Part shown: one piece after another, positions 1 through 10,058 of the stretch | Position numbering within the stretch: the stretch's first letter is position 1 | Layout of the letters: every line of letters starts with the position of its first letter | From: Thecamonas trahens ATCC 50062 | Lineage: Eukaryota; Protista; Apusomonadida | Direction: 5' to 3' | Length of the DNA stretch: 64,000 nt | Assembly: GCF_000142905.1 (NCBI RefSeq) | Contig: NW_013657658.1 | Span: 392,872-456,871, forward strand | Made by a program: the position numbers and the translations under genes | The notes under the pieces: model-generated | Databases searched by the model: none | Seen by the model: only the letters and a program-made list of their open reading frames with translations | Told to the model about the DNA's origin: nothing

Positions 1-1
1 G

Positions 2-66
2 CCGCCATCGCCGCCGCCGCCGTCGCCGCCGCCGTCGCCGCCACCGCCACCATCGCCACCTCCGCC
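2..66 (+). repeat. Coding Ser-Pro(n) low-complexity repeat (extensin/pherophorin-like linker)
   Basis: CCG/CCA/TCG codon repeats translating to PPSPPPPSPPPSPPPPPSPPPP, in frame with the membrane protein. Confidence 0.85.
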
Positions 67-2764
67 ATACGCGTGTGAGCTGATACAGCCTCCGCCTAAC
101 GGCACCATATCGTTTTCTGACTATGGATACGCCGGCTCTGTGGCGGTGACAACCTGCATCGACGGCACGGATTTTGTGGCCGGTGATGCGGTGCGAACGT
201 GCACCGGGTTAACCTGGACTGGATTGCCGGCCGTGTGCGTCAGGGTGGCGTGCCCGGGCCTTGCGCCGCCGGCGTTTGGCTCTGTCAGCTGCACCAACGG
301 ATCGAGTACAGCCACGCCGGGCATCTTTGGCGAGATCTGCACCTTCGAGTGCTTGAACGGGCTGACCAAGGTCGGAGCCGACGCACTCGAGTGTCTTGGA
401 AGTTCAATGTGGTCGGCACCGGCCCCATTCTGCTCGGCGGTCAATGTCTCGCAGTCAACGGGTGCGCCTATTGGCATGCCGCTCAAGATCACGGCCGGTG
501 ACACGTGGGAGCTGCGTGTCTCGCTCCGTGACTCGGAGGGCAACGCTGCCGGAAGCGGCAACGATCTGCCGCTGGCAGTTGTGCGGGGTGGTGATGGGGC
601 CAACGCGGTGGCAGAGACGACGTACATCTCGACCGGCGAGTACAGCGCGAGAGTGGCGGTGCCGACTACGGTGGGCAGCTACATGTACGACATCGGGGCC
701 AATGGTGAGCTCTTTACCCGCGGAGTCACGAATGTTGCGGTCGAGGTGGTGCCCGGCGCGCCGGACGGGCGATCGAGCACGCTCGTTGATCTGCCGACCT
801 CGGGCGTGCTTCAGATCGAGACGTCTGCAACGACCGAGTACAATGTGGTGGTGACCGACGAGTTTGGCAATGTGCTGACGCAAGCGCTGGCCGCGTCCGA
901 GGTGAGCATCGCGCTTCAACGCGGAGCTGACACCTTTGCTGTGACGGGCGTAGAACTGGGGCCGGGCTCGATCAAGTTTGGCATTGTGGTGGTCGAGGGC
1001 GGCTCGTACACGCTTGCGGTCAAGATCGGTGGCGAGGACATTGTGGGCTCGCCGTTTGTGGTTTCAGCGTCTGCCACTTGTGTGCCTGGCACGCGGGTCA
1101 TCGATGGCGTCCGCTGCACGAGCTGCTCTGCGGGCACGTTCTCGGAGACCGTGAACGCGGTGGCGTGCAGCATCTGCCCCGAGTTTACCACCTCGCCCGA
1201 GCAGTCGTCATCGTTCCTCAACTGCACCTGCCTGCCGACGTTTTGGTTTGGGACTGGCGAGCGTGTGCGCGGCAAGCGATGTGAGCTGTGTCCGGTGGGC
1301 GCGATCTGTGCCGGCGGGACGACGCCGCCGCGAGCTGCGCCTGGACATGAGCCCTCGGACGATGGGCAAGCGTTTGTGACGTGTCCACAGCCTGCAGCGT
1401 GTATGGGCGATGGCAAGTGCGCTGCCGGATACCGCGGGCGGCTGTGCGCGCAGTGCTCGTCGGGCTACTACCGACTCGGTGATGTGTGCCGCGAGTGCAA
1501 GGGCTCGAACGTGGCGATCATTGTCGTGCTTGTTGTGCTTGTCTTTGCCTACGTCACCGGAGTGGTGTGGATCAACACGCGGAACACCAAGGTGTACGGG
1601 TACGCTGCGTTTGTCATTGCGCTCAACACGCTCCAGGCGGTGGCGATCTACGGGACGATCCAGCTCGACTGGCATCCTGTGGCGGAAGCGATCTTTGACG
1701 CGGTCTCGATGGTCAACCTCAACCTCGATCTTGCGTCGCCCGAGTGCGGGCTGGACGTGGGCGATGTGTGGATGTTCAAGTGGGGCATGACGATGGCGCT
1801 GCCGGTTCTGTTCCTCCTTCCGTTTGTGGTTGTGACTGCCATCCTCTGCGTGGTTTTCAATTTCCGCGAGTCCAAGAGTGCCATGTTTGCTGCCAACGGG
1901 CGAGTGGTTGGAGCCGCCGGACGTGGGTATCTGCAGACAATCCTGCTGTTGTACCTGCCTCTGATGTACGCGGCGCTGCGGTACTTTGACTGCACCGATG
2001 TCGGCGGTGGGATCGTGGTGATGACGACCAACCCTCAGCGGCGGTGCTACACAAGCGCGTGGTACGGGCTGCTCCCGTTGATTGTGACTGTGGCGGCTGT
2101 GTACGGGCTCTCGATTCCTGCGGGGCTGGCGGTCTTCCTCCGGCGCCAGGCTGCAGCGCTGGATGAGGTGACGTTCAGCAGCCGGTACGCGTTCCTTGTG
2201 GCCAAGTACAAGGCGGAGCTGTATTGGTATGAGCTGGCGATCATGGGGCGGAAGCTCGTGGTGGTGGTGGCGGTCTGCGCTTTTGCATCGCCGGTGGTCA
2301 AGGCCAGCGTGGTAGCGCTTGTGCTGTTTGTGGTTGCCATGGCCGGGATGGTCGGCAACCACAAACCATACACTGCCGAGTACCACAACCAGCTGGAGAC
2401 GTTCACCTTGGCGTGCAGCATTGCGGTGCTCTGGTTCGGAACCATCGATTCTGTTCCGCTTCTTCGCGACATGATTGTCGTTGCTGCGCTTTTGGTGCTT
2501 GTGGTTGGCCTTGCTGTGGCCGTAGGGTACGAGGTGTCGCAGATCCGTGCCCACGATAAGGCGGAGGTTGAGGCCGTATTTGCAGAGCATGGTGTGCGCG
2601 AGTTTGAGGTCTGCGACAACGTCTCGGACTTTGAAATGCGGACGTTTTCCACGAATGCTCAGCTTGGCATGGGTCAGGAGGAAGGCGAGGAGGTCATGCC
2701 CTCGACGCTCGCCATTGTTGACGACGAGCCGCTGTCGTTAATGACCTCGGTGTCGAGCGTGTAG
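2..2764 (+). CDS. Multi-pass membrane receptor-like protein, 5' truncated by the window edge: Ser-Pro linker, 2 sushi/CCP, 2 filamin-type Ig repeats, Cys-rich (ephrin-receptor-like/GCC2-GCC3) region and a multi-TM C-terminal module
   Basis: The frame of ORF 140..2764 is open back to base 2 (PPSPPPPSPPPSPPPPPSPPPPYACELIQPPPNG...). Sushi patterns: C..P.NG...C..G..C...W....P.C and CTFECLNG...LECLGSSMWSAPAPFC. Filamin-like end GSYTLAVKIGGEDIVGSPFVV. Cys-rich CSAGTFS...CSICP, CELCPVGAICAGG, CAAGYRGRLCAQCSSGYY, followed by about 8-9 hydrophobic segments. Stop TAG at 2762-2764. Confidence 0.85.
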   Translation, partial: PPSPPPPSPPPSPPPPPSPPPPYACELIQPPPNGTISFSDYGYAGSVAVTTCIDGTDFVAGDAVRTCTGLTWTGLPAVCVRVACPGLAPPAFGSVSCTNGSSTATPGIFGEICTFECLNGLTKVGADALECLGSSMWSAPAPFCSAVNVSQSTGAPIGMPLKITAGDTWELRVSLRDSEGNAAGSGNDLPLAVVRGGDGANAVAETTYISTGEYSARVAVPTTVGSYMYDIGANGELFTRGVTNVAVEVVPGAPDGRSSTLVDLPTSGVLQIETSATTEYNVVVTDEFGNVLTQALAASEVSIALQRGADTFAVTGVELGPGSIKFGIVVVEGGSYTLAVKIGGEDIVGSPFVVSASATCVPGTRVIDGVRCTSCSAGTFSETVNAVACSICPEFTTSPEQSSSFLNCTCLPTFWFGTGERVRGKRCELCPVGAICAGGTTPPRAAPGHEPSDDGQAFVTCPQPAACMGDGKCAAGYRGRLCAQCSSGYYRLGDVCRECKGSNVAIIVVLVVLVFAYVTGVVWINTRNTKVYGYAAFVIALNTLQAVAIYGTIQLDWHPVAEAIFDAVSMVNLNLDLASPECGLDVGDVWMFKWGMTMALPVLFLLPFVVVTAILCVVFNFRESKSAMFAANGRVVGAAGRGYLQTILLLYLPLMYAALRYFDCTDVGGGIVVMTTNPQRRCYTSAWYGLLPLIVTVAAVYGLSIPAGLAVFLRRQAAALDEVTFSSRYAFLVAKYKAELYWYELAIMGRKLVVVVAVCAFASPVVKASVVALVLFVVAMAGMVGNHKPYTAEYHNQLETFTLACSIAVLWFGTIDSVPLLRDMIVVAALLVLVVGLAVAVGYEVSQIRAHDKAEVEAVFAEHGVREFEVCDNVSDFEMRTFSTNAQLGMGQEEGEEVMPSTLAIVDDEPLSLMTSVSSV

Positions 2765-3329
2765 TCGTGCGTAAGTTGGACAATTTTGCTTTTTTTTTTT
2801 TTTTTGGACAACCGGGTAAGGTCGGGTCATCGGTCCCGTACCCAACGTCCAAAATTCAAAACCAAGAGCCGTAAAGTGGCTGACTAGATGAAGTAGAGTA
2901 GGGGTTGTGATCGTGTGCAGAGTATTATGCTGCTTGTGATGCGAGTGTCGCAAGGGGAGGTCTGCAGTGGTGGAGGAGGCGCGTGGGGAGAATTTTGGAA
3001 CCATGACCCTGAGCCAGTCTGCGTGAAATTTGTCGATTTAGCGGCATGATGCCGCGTTGTCCCCTTCTTTTGTGATTAGCATACCTTCTCTGAGCTGTCC
3101 TTGTTGTTTGATGTGAGTGGTTGTAAAGCAGAAGGTGTTGTGGGTGAGCTGCGGGAGGTTGACGCGGTGGCGGTGTATGCGATGGTGGCAAAAAAAAAGC
3201 GCCAGTTTGGCGTGTTTGGGCGGTGATTGTCAGCAAGGGTATTGATGAGGGGGAAAACGATTTCGTTTGCCGAGGACAGTAGCGGTGGCGGGCACAACGG
3301 CACCTCTCCCCCCCTCGGCACGTTCGACA

Positions 3330-5197
3330 ATGCTGAACACATTGCTGACGCTTGCGTCCAACCCGTATGTGGTCATTGGGGTTGTTGCGGCCATTCTTCT
3401 CTTTGTCCTCTTCATTGGCTTTACCGTATGTTAAGCATGCCCGGCTTGTCGCCATTCTCACTTGCTCCCGTTTCCCCCCACGTGGCGGTGTCGAGCGGCC
3501 AAACCAGCGGCGAGCCATCCACGGCATCCACCTGCAGAGTGACGAGAGAGCGAGGGGGGGGGGGAAGGGAATGGAGGGCAGGAAGGAGGGAGCGGGAGGG
3601 AGTGGGGGAGGTGGTTGCGGTAGGGAATGGGGGTGGTGGGTGGAGGAGGAGGTGGTGGTGGTTGGGGGCAGGGTGTGTGTGTGTGTGTGTGTGTGTGTGA
3701 GGAGCGCGCCCTACCTTTACGACCTTTTTCGTTGAAGTGGCGGTGATCGCGGGCGTGTGATCAAGAAGGCCGAGGCGGTGATGGGGAGGGGGGGGGGGGG
3801 GGGGCAGGGTGTGTGTGCGCGGAAACTCACAAGGGAGGGGACAGCCTGCCAATGCGCCGCCGATTGTGTCTACAGGGCTCCCTATTGTGGGCCCTATTCT
3901 TGCGTTTATGAAGAACCCGTACCAGCTTGCGCTCGACTCGTACCGGCGGTACGGCGAGGTGTTTACCATCAAGGTTGCGAACCAGCGGCTGACGTTCCTT
4001 GTGGGACCGGAGGCATCTGAGCCGTTTTTCAAGGGCAAGGATGCGGACATGTCGCAGAACGAGGTGTACAAGTTCTCTGTGTCGATTTTCGGCAAGGGTG
4101 TTGTGTACGATGTGCCGACGCCGATCCGGATTGAGCAGATCAAGTTCATGTCGTCTGCGCTGCGGTCTGACGTGCTGCGGTCGTACGTGGACGACATGGT
4201 GCTGGAGGCGCGGCAGTACTTTGGCAAGTGGGGCGAGTCCGGGACTGTGGACCTGGCCCAGGTCTTCTCTGAGCTTATTATCCTGACTGCGTCGCGGTGC
4301 CTGATGGGCCCCGAGGTGCGCGAGCACATGTTTGAGCAGGTTGCGGAGCTGTTCCGGGCACTTGACGAGGGCCTCCTCCCGATCACGTTCTTCTTCCCTG
4401 AGCTCCCGATTCCTGCGCACCGTGCGCGGAACGCGGCGCGCGAGGAGATGGTCAAGCTGTTTGCGGGGATCATGGAGGAGCGGCGGGCGAACCCGGACAA
4501 GATCTACACGGACATGCTCGACCAGTTTATGAACGCGCAGTACAAGGACGGGCGGACGCTGACGGACCGCGAGGTGACCGGGCTCATGATCTCGCTGCTC
4601 TTTGCCGGACAGCACACGTCGTCCAACTCGTCGGCGTCGACGCTGCTGCACCTGCTGCGGTCGGACTCGACGGTGGACAACACGGAGCACCTGCAGGCTG
4701 TGCTCGACGAGCAGCAGGCCATGATTGCCGAGTTTGGCGACGAGCTCAACTATGACGTGCTCGAGAAGATGGACCGGCTCCATGTGTCGATCAAGGAGGG
4801 CATCCGGCTCTGCCCGCCGCTCATCTTTGTCATGCGCAAGGTGAAGAAGGCGTTCAGCGTCAAGGGCTACACCGTGCCGGTGGGCGACCTTGCCTTTGTC
4901 TCGCCGCCGGTCTCGCACCGGGTGGAGTCGATCTTCACCAACGCCGAGACGTACGACCCGACGCGGTTCCTCCCGCCGCGCGAGGAGGACAAGAAGGCCC
5001 GGTTTGCCTTTGCCGGCTTTGGCGGCGGGCGCCACGGGTGCCTCGGCGAGAACTTTGCCTACCTCCAGATCAAGACCATCTTCTCGGTCCTGCTCCGGTC
5101 GTACAAGCTCAAGCTCGTCGATCCCTTCCCTGAGCAGGACTACACCGGCCTTGTTGTCGGGCCCAAGCCGTGCCAGGTTGCCTACGAGCGGATCTGA
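3330..5197 (+). CDS. CYP51: Sterol 14-alpha-demethylase (cytochrome P450 family 51); predicted exons 3330..3425 and 3845..5197
   Basis: I-helix LLFAGQHTSS, ExxR (KEGIRL), PxRF (DPTRF), heme motif FGGGRHGCLGENFA, B' region SQNEVYKFSVSIFGKGVVYD. An upstream exon from ATG 3330 encodes the anchor MLNTLLTLASNPYVVIGVVAAILLFVLFIGFT. Donor GTATGT at 3426, branch-like AACTCAC at 3824-3830 and acceptor CAG at 3842-3844 give a phase-0 join to PANAPPIV. Confidence 0.95.
3426..3844 (+). other. Predicted GT-AG intron of CYP51 containing G-runs and a (GT)n microsatellite (~3672-3699)
   Basis: GTATGT donor, CTCAC branch-like motif and CAG acceptor; splicing keeps the frame and restores the P450 membrane anchor. 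Confidence 0.75.
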
Positions 5198-5287
5198 GTT
5201 TTTAACAGCCCAGCGTTTGCACGGTGTTGTGTGTGAGGTGAGGGAAGTGTTGTGGGATGTGTGTGCGGTAGTTTGGTGGGTGGGAGG

Positions 5288-8183
5288 ATGGATGTCTTGG
5301 TGACGGACGACAAGGCGAGCCTTGGTCGTTGGTCGCCCAGGCGAGAGTCGGCCGGCTAGCCACCAACCAGGCGAGAGTCGGCCAACTCGCTGACGCCCGT
5401 CTCCTGTCTTGTGACGACCACCAAGCCACCTCACTCGCCCTCCCCCCCCTCCTCCCCCCCCCCCTTCCTCCCCCCCCCCCCCACCCCCCCCCCCCACCCC
5501 ACCCCCCATGCGACGCCCTCGGCCCAGCAGTCGGTACCGGCTCCCGCCGGTGTGTGGTGGGCTCACTCAGTTCGAGGTGTATGAGACACGGTCGCGGTAC
5601 TATGTTGTTGGGCGGGATGAAGAAGGAAGTGAACATCGAGTGCTCAAGATCGAACGTATGGAAGCAAGGGAACTGGTACTGGCTGAAGATGAGACGGGAT
5701 ATGGTGGAGAAGAAGTGGAAGAGTTGCTGGCAATGGTGGCGGATGGAAATAAGGCTTCCGGCGGACTTACTCATGTGGTTTCCGGTGTGGGTATTTTGGG
5801 CTTTGTGAGGTTTCTGGAGGGTTATTACATGGTGGTGGTGACAGAGAGGGAAGTGGTGGGCTACATCGGTCCGCATCGCATCTACAAAATCGCCGCTACT
5901 CAACTCGTCTACCTTCCGCATCCCTCGGTCCGCATCCACTCGCTCGACGAGGGCAGGTACACCTCCATCTTCTCCAAGATCGAGCTCGTCCACGACTTTT
6001 TCTTCTCTTACACCTACGACCTCTCGCACTCGCTGCAGTACAACATGAAGCATCCGTACTCGCGGACGGCGCTGCTCAACGCCGGCGTGGTGCAGCCGCG
6101 GACGACGTCATCGGACGGGTACGCAGCGTCGGAGCCGTCGTTTCCGCACCCTTTTGCGTCGATGCCCGACGAGCGGACGTGGATTTGGAACCTGTACCTG
6201 CTCAAGGACGTGTGGCCAGCCCTCACTCGCAAGGACTGGGTCCTGCCTGTGGTGCACGGCTTCTTCCGGCAGCGGATTGTGACGGTCTTTGACGCGCCGC
6301 TGGTGCTGACGCTCATTGCGCGGCGGTCACGGTTCTTTGCTGGGACGCGGTACCTCAAGCGCGGAGTCTCTGACCGCGGCAAGGTGGCCAACGAGGTGGA
6401 GACGGAGCAGATTGTGGCCAACATGGCGAGCGCGCACTTTGACTCGGGCTCGTTCGCGTCGTACGTCACGCTCCGCGGCTCGATTCCGCTCCACTGGTCG
6501 CAGGAGCAGTCGATTGTGACGCCCAAGCCGCCGATTGTGCTCCACGCGCCGGATCCTGCGTACTCGGCCACAGCGCTGCACTTTGAGGATTTGTATCGGC
6601 GGTACGGCTCGCCGCTGCTGGTGCTCAACTTGGTGAAACAGCGCGAGAAGGTGCCGCGCGAGCAGATCATTGGCATCGAGTTTGCGCACGCAGTGGCCAA
6701 GCTCAACAAGGCTATTCCTCCGGAGCACCGGATCCGGTTCCATGCGTTTGACATGCACCGGTCGGCCAAGACTAAGGACTCGGACGTGATTGCCGAGCTC
6801 ACGGCGCGGGCCAAGGCCATTGTGGCCACGACCGGGTTCTTCCACGCCGGCTACCGGCCGGCGCGGGTGGAGGCTGAGCTCGCGCGCAACCCTGTGATGG
6901 CGGCCGAGCTCGAGTACGAGGCCACGGCGTACGGGCGGGACAGGCTCGGGCTGGAGCAAGTTGGTGTGGCGCGGCAGAACTGCATCGACTCGCTGGACCG
7001 GACTAACGCGGCGCAGTTTGTGCTCGGCAAGGTGGTGCTCGGGCACCAGCTGTTTGCGCTCGGCCTGGCTGACTCGCCGGACCTTGAGTTTGACACGCTG
7101 CTGATGGACGCGGTGACGCTGATGTACGAGGAGATGGGCGACCACATTGCGCTGCAGTACGGCGGCTCGCAACTGAACCATCGGGTGGCGACGTACCGCA
7201 ACAACACATGGTCGTCGTACTCGCGCGACATGATGACCGCCATCCGGCGGTACTACTCCAACTCGTTCACCGATGCCGAGAAGCAGGAGGCGACGAACCT
7301 GTTCCTTGGGCTCTACGTCCCGCTGCCGGAGAAGAAGCACTTGTGGGCGCTCGAAACCGACTTTTATCTGCACAACGAGGTCATTCCGCGGTTTGTGGCG
7401 CCGCGGCTCAAGCTGCATCCGACGTCTGACGCGGCGCACCTCTCGAGCCTCCCGTCGCTCCTCGAGTGCATCCGGCACGAGGCCGCGTTTTGGTCACGCG
7501 GGCTGGCGGCGCACGACCAGGTTGCGGCACAGGTCGACGCGGTCGGGGCGAGTCTGCAGCTCGAGCCGGCGGCGGCCGACTCGTTCTATCATGCGTATGA
7601 GTGCTACAAGCTGACGCAGCTCACCGAGCACCTGCAGACGTACGCCAAGCTGGTGGTGTACAACGAGTCGGACTTTGGGTCGTCAGCGGTCGGTGAGGAG
7701 CCTGATGCGGGCAAGCGGCGGAGCGGCCTGTTCCGGCGCAAGCGCAAGGCCGCCGAGCCGGATAAGCGCTCGATCTACGTCTCGCCGTTTATGCGGTCCA
7801 AGGGCGCCATCTCGTCGGGCGGCAAGTCGACGATCGAGCGGCTTGGCGGTGTCTCGCGGTGGATGCGGGTCAATGCCTCGATCTCGTCGCGGAGCGCAAA
7901 GTACACGGCACGGTCGCGGATCGACGCGCCCGAGCCGTTCCCGGAGCCCGATGCGGAGCTCCGGCCGCTCCCGGAGGCGGATGCCGAGCTGTATGCTACG
8001 TACGCCTCGCTCGCCGAGACGGTGCTCACCCCGGCGACGGCGCTCGCGCCATGTGCGAGCTACGCGTGGGATGCGGCGTCGACGGCAGGCGTGGTGCTTG
8101 ACGTCGGCCATCGCGGCGACGAGTACGAGGCGTATGTGGGCTCGGCTGCCGAGCTAGGCGGCATCCACGACGTTTACCGGTGA
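5288..8183 (+). CDS. FIG4: Polyphosphoinositide phosphatase FIG4/SAC3 (Sac domain). The start is uncertain: either micro-exon 5288..5314 joined to 5571..8183, or the unspliced ATG at 5508
   Basis: FEVYETRSRYYVVG N-terminus, GILGFVRFLEGYY, FFFSYTYDLSHSLQYN, LIARRSRFFAGTRYLKRG, VANEVETEQI, RGSIPLHWSQ, catalytic CX5R(T) motif RQNCIDSLDRTNAAQF, GDHIALQYGGSQ and RYYSNSFTDAEKQ, which are the FIG4-type Sac phosphatase signatures. Confidence 0.92.
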
Positions 8184-9154
8184 GGAGGCGAGTAAAGGCG
8201 CGCGTTGTTGGTCGACCCGCCCGGGCCGATCGGGTGGACGGCGAGGCGCGGCGAGGAGAAGCGCGAAAAGAGCTCGGCACGGCGAGCGTCGACCGGCGAT
8301 GCCGGCGGCGGCGACGGAGAAGGTCGCGACGGCGGCGTCGGCTCGGTCCGGGGCTGCGGCGACGGCGTGGGTGGCAGCCGCTCAACAATCGGTGGAGACC
8401 ATGACGGGACACGGGTGGCTTGGGTAGCGTGCGGCGGTGAGACGTGGACCAGGAGGCGATGGTCTGAGGTCGGAAGCCTGCCGACCGAGGCTGCTGCTTG
8501 GGTCCGGGCCGGAGCGTATGGCGACGATGGAGTGGCAGCGGTGTGCTGGATGCGGAGCGGGGAGTGGGAGGGCGGGGCGGGGTGTGACGGAGAGGGGTGT
8601 GACGGGGTGGGTGCACTGATGGGAACGGCGGTGAGGCGGAAGGCCTGCGGTTCGTCGAGAGTGCGGTGCTCGAGGCGAGTAACAGTGCGAGTGACCGGAA
8701 TCTGGTCGACGACGAGGCGTGAGACTGGGATGGAGACCTGTGCAGTCTCGTGAACCTCCTTGACTCGCTTGACCGGGCGGGAGACACGGCGGGTCTTCTT
8801 GACCGGGACCGACTCGACGATTGTCTCGATGACTTCCTTGGGCACCCACTCGATGCGTGTCACGGTCCTTGTCACCTCCTCCATCTCGATGTACTCTTCG
8901 TCCTCCTCGATCATCTCCTCCACCTCGACCAGCCTCGTGTACGGCACGCTCCTCACCTCGACCGAGTCCTCGACTCTTGGCACGGCCTGTACCTCTGTCA
9001 CAGCCTCCTCCACCGGCACCACCACATTCCTCTGCACCACCCGAGTCACAATCTCCCCGTCATGCGGCAGCAGAGGCAGAGATTGAGCGCTTTGAGCCGA
9101 TTGCCGGGAGTAAGCATCCCCTCCCAAATTCAAGTTGCCCGACGTGAAATTCAT
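8174..9154 (-). CDS. Val/Glu/Pro/Arg/Thr-rich articulin/alveolin (epiplastin)-like low-complexity protein with a Pro/Ser-rich C-terminal tail
   Basis: ORF 8174..9160 (ATG at 9154). Its core, VVVPVEEAVTEVQAVPRVEDSVEVRSVPYTRLVEVEE...EWVPKEVIETIVESVPVKKTRRVSRPVKRVKEV...IPVSRLVVDQIPVTRTVTR, has repeated VPV/VP motifs and alternating V-charged residues. The family assignment rests on composition only. Confidence 0.6.
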   Translation of the reverse strand: MNFTSGNLNLGGDAYSRQSAQSAQSLPLLPHDGEIVTRVVQRNVVVPVEEAVTEVQAVPRVEDSVEVRSVPYTRLVEVEEMIEEDEEYIEMEEVTRTVTRIEWVPKEVIETIVESVPVKKTRRVSRPVKRVKEVHETAQVSIPVSRLVVDQIPVTRTVTRLEHRTLDEPQAFRLTAVPISAPTPSHPSPSHPAPPSHSPLRIQHTAATPSSPYAPARTQAAASVGRLPTSDHRLLVHVSPPHATQATRVPSWSPPIVERLPPTPSPQPRTEPTPPSRPSPSPPPASPVDARRAELFSRFSSPRLAVHPIGPGGSTNNARLYSPPHR

Positions 9155-9344
9155 GTTCACCTCTCAACGGACTCGGCCCACCAAGCGCAGCCAGGTGAAC
9201 AAGCAGCAGCGGAGAGGGGAGGGGGGGGGGGTGAAGACGGGAGGTGTGTGTGTGTGTGCGGTCGAACGGGGGTACGGGGAAGAGGTGAGGTGTGGGCCGG
9301 AGGTGAGGAGAGCAGCAAGGACCGAGGTGCTGGTGGCGAGGCGG

Positions 9345-9393
9345 TCGGTCGGGTCGGTTGGTCGGCGGGTTGGTCGGCGGGTTGGTCGGCGGG
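9345..9393. repeat. Short tandem repeat (GGTCGGCGGGTT, about 3 copies) upstream of the articulin-like gene
   Basis: ggtcggtcgggtcggttggtcggcgggttggtcggcgggttggtcggcggg seen directly in the sequence. Confidence 0.7.
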
Positions 9394-9621
9394 TGATGGT
9401 GGTGATCTGGCCAATGTGGCTTGAGGGCGTAGATGAAGACGAGATGGCGGATGGTGGGCATACTGTGGACTCACGGTGGCCGCTTGTTCTCAACCACAAC
9501 GATGATGGTGTCGTGGCCCTTCCCCGGGAGCAGCGTCGAGCTCGCACACTCCCGCGCCGTCGCCCGCGCCTCACCCATCATCCCATCCATTACCACCAAC
9601 CAATGCATCGCCACCAGCAAT

Positions 9622-9816
9622 GTCGAGAAGATGCAGCAGGTGGTGCGCGCGCGGGTGGACGAGGTGACGCGGCTCGGGCGGCGACTGCTCGTCGTGGTGG
9701 ATGATGTGTGGCCGACCAAGAGCAGTTTAAGACGATCGAAGGCGTCGTCGCCGCACCGGCGCGCTTCGACATAGCGTGTACTTTCTGTGTGGTAGCTGGT
9801 GCTGATGACCACAACA
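9622..9816 (+). pseudogene. Relic of an NB-ARC (STAND NTPase) gene: Walker B/kinase-2 segment plus a degenerate RNBS-B/sensor-1
   Basis: VEKMQQVVRARVDEVTRLGRRLLVVVDDVW (9622-9711) aligns without gaps to LNDLQPILAAKTRALAAAGTRILLILDDAW of the NLR-like gene at ~62367-62456. In the same frame, after two stops, LVLMTT resembles VLVTSR. No Walker A is visible. Confidence 0.55.
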
Positions 9817-10058
9817 TTATGGCTGGATCCGTAGTCGACTGCCCATGTCGGCTGTAATCGCCATCCCCAACACTCTGGTGTCGCGTCGGACGGCAGTCGA
9901 CGCAAGATCACTTGTTTTTCGCAGGCATGGGGAAACCGCGAAGGGATGCCTGACGGCAGACTCGACATCGCACGCGCTATTGTCATGGGATTGGCTACCG
10001 ACAATGCTCCCACACCCGTACGTGGTATGACACTTGGCCTTTACAGGTAGCTAGCTAC

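Noticed and set aside
2790-2805. Poly-T tract as a terminator or retroposon tail
   Set aside because: No hairpin, target-site duplication or element body was seen; most likely 3' UTR low complexity.
3827-7478. Antisense ORFs 3827..5566 and 6327..7478
   Set aside because: Mirror frames of the well-conserved CYP51 and FIG4 genes with no independent motifs.
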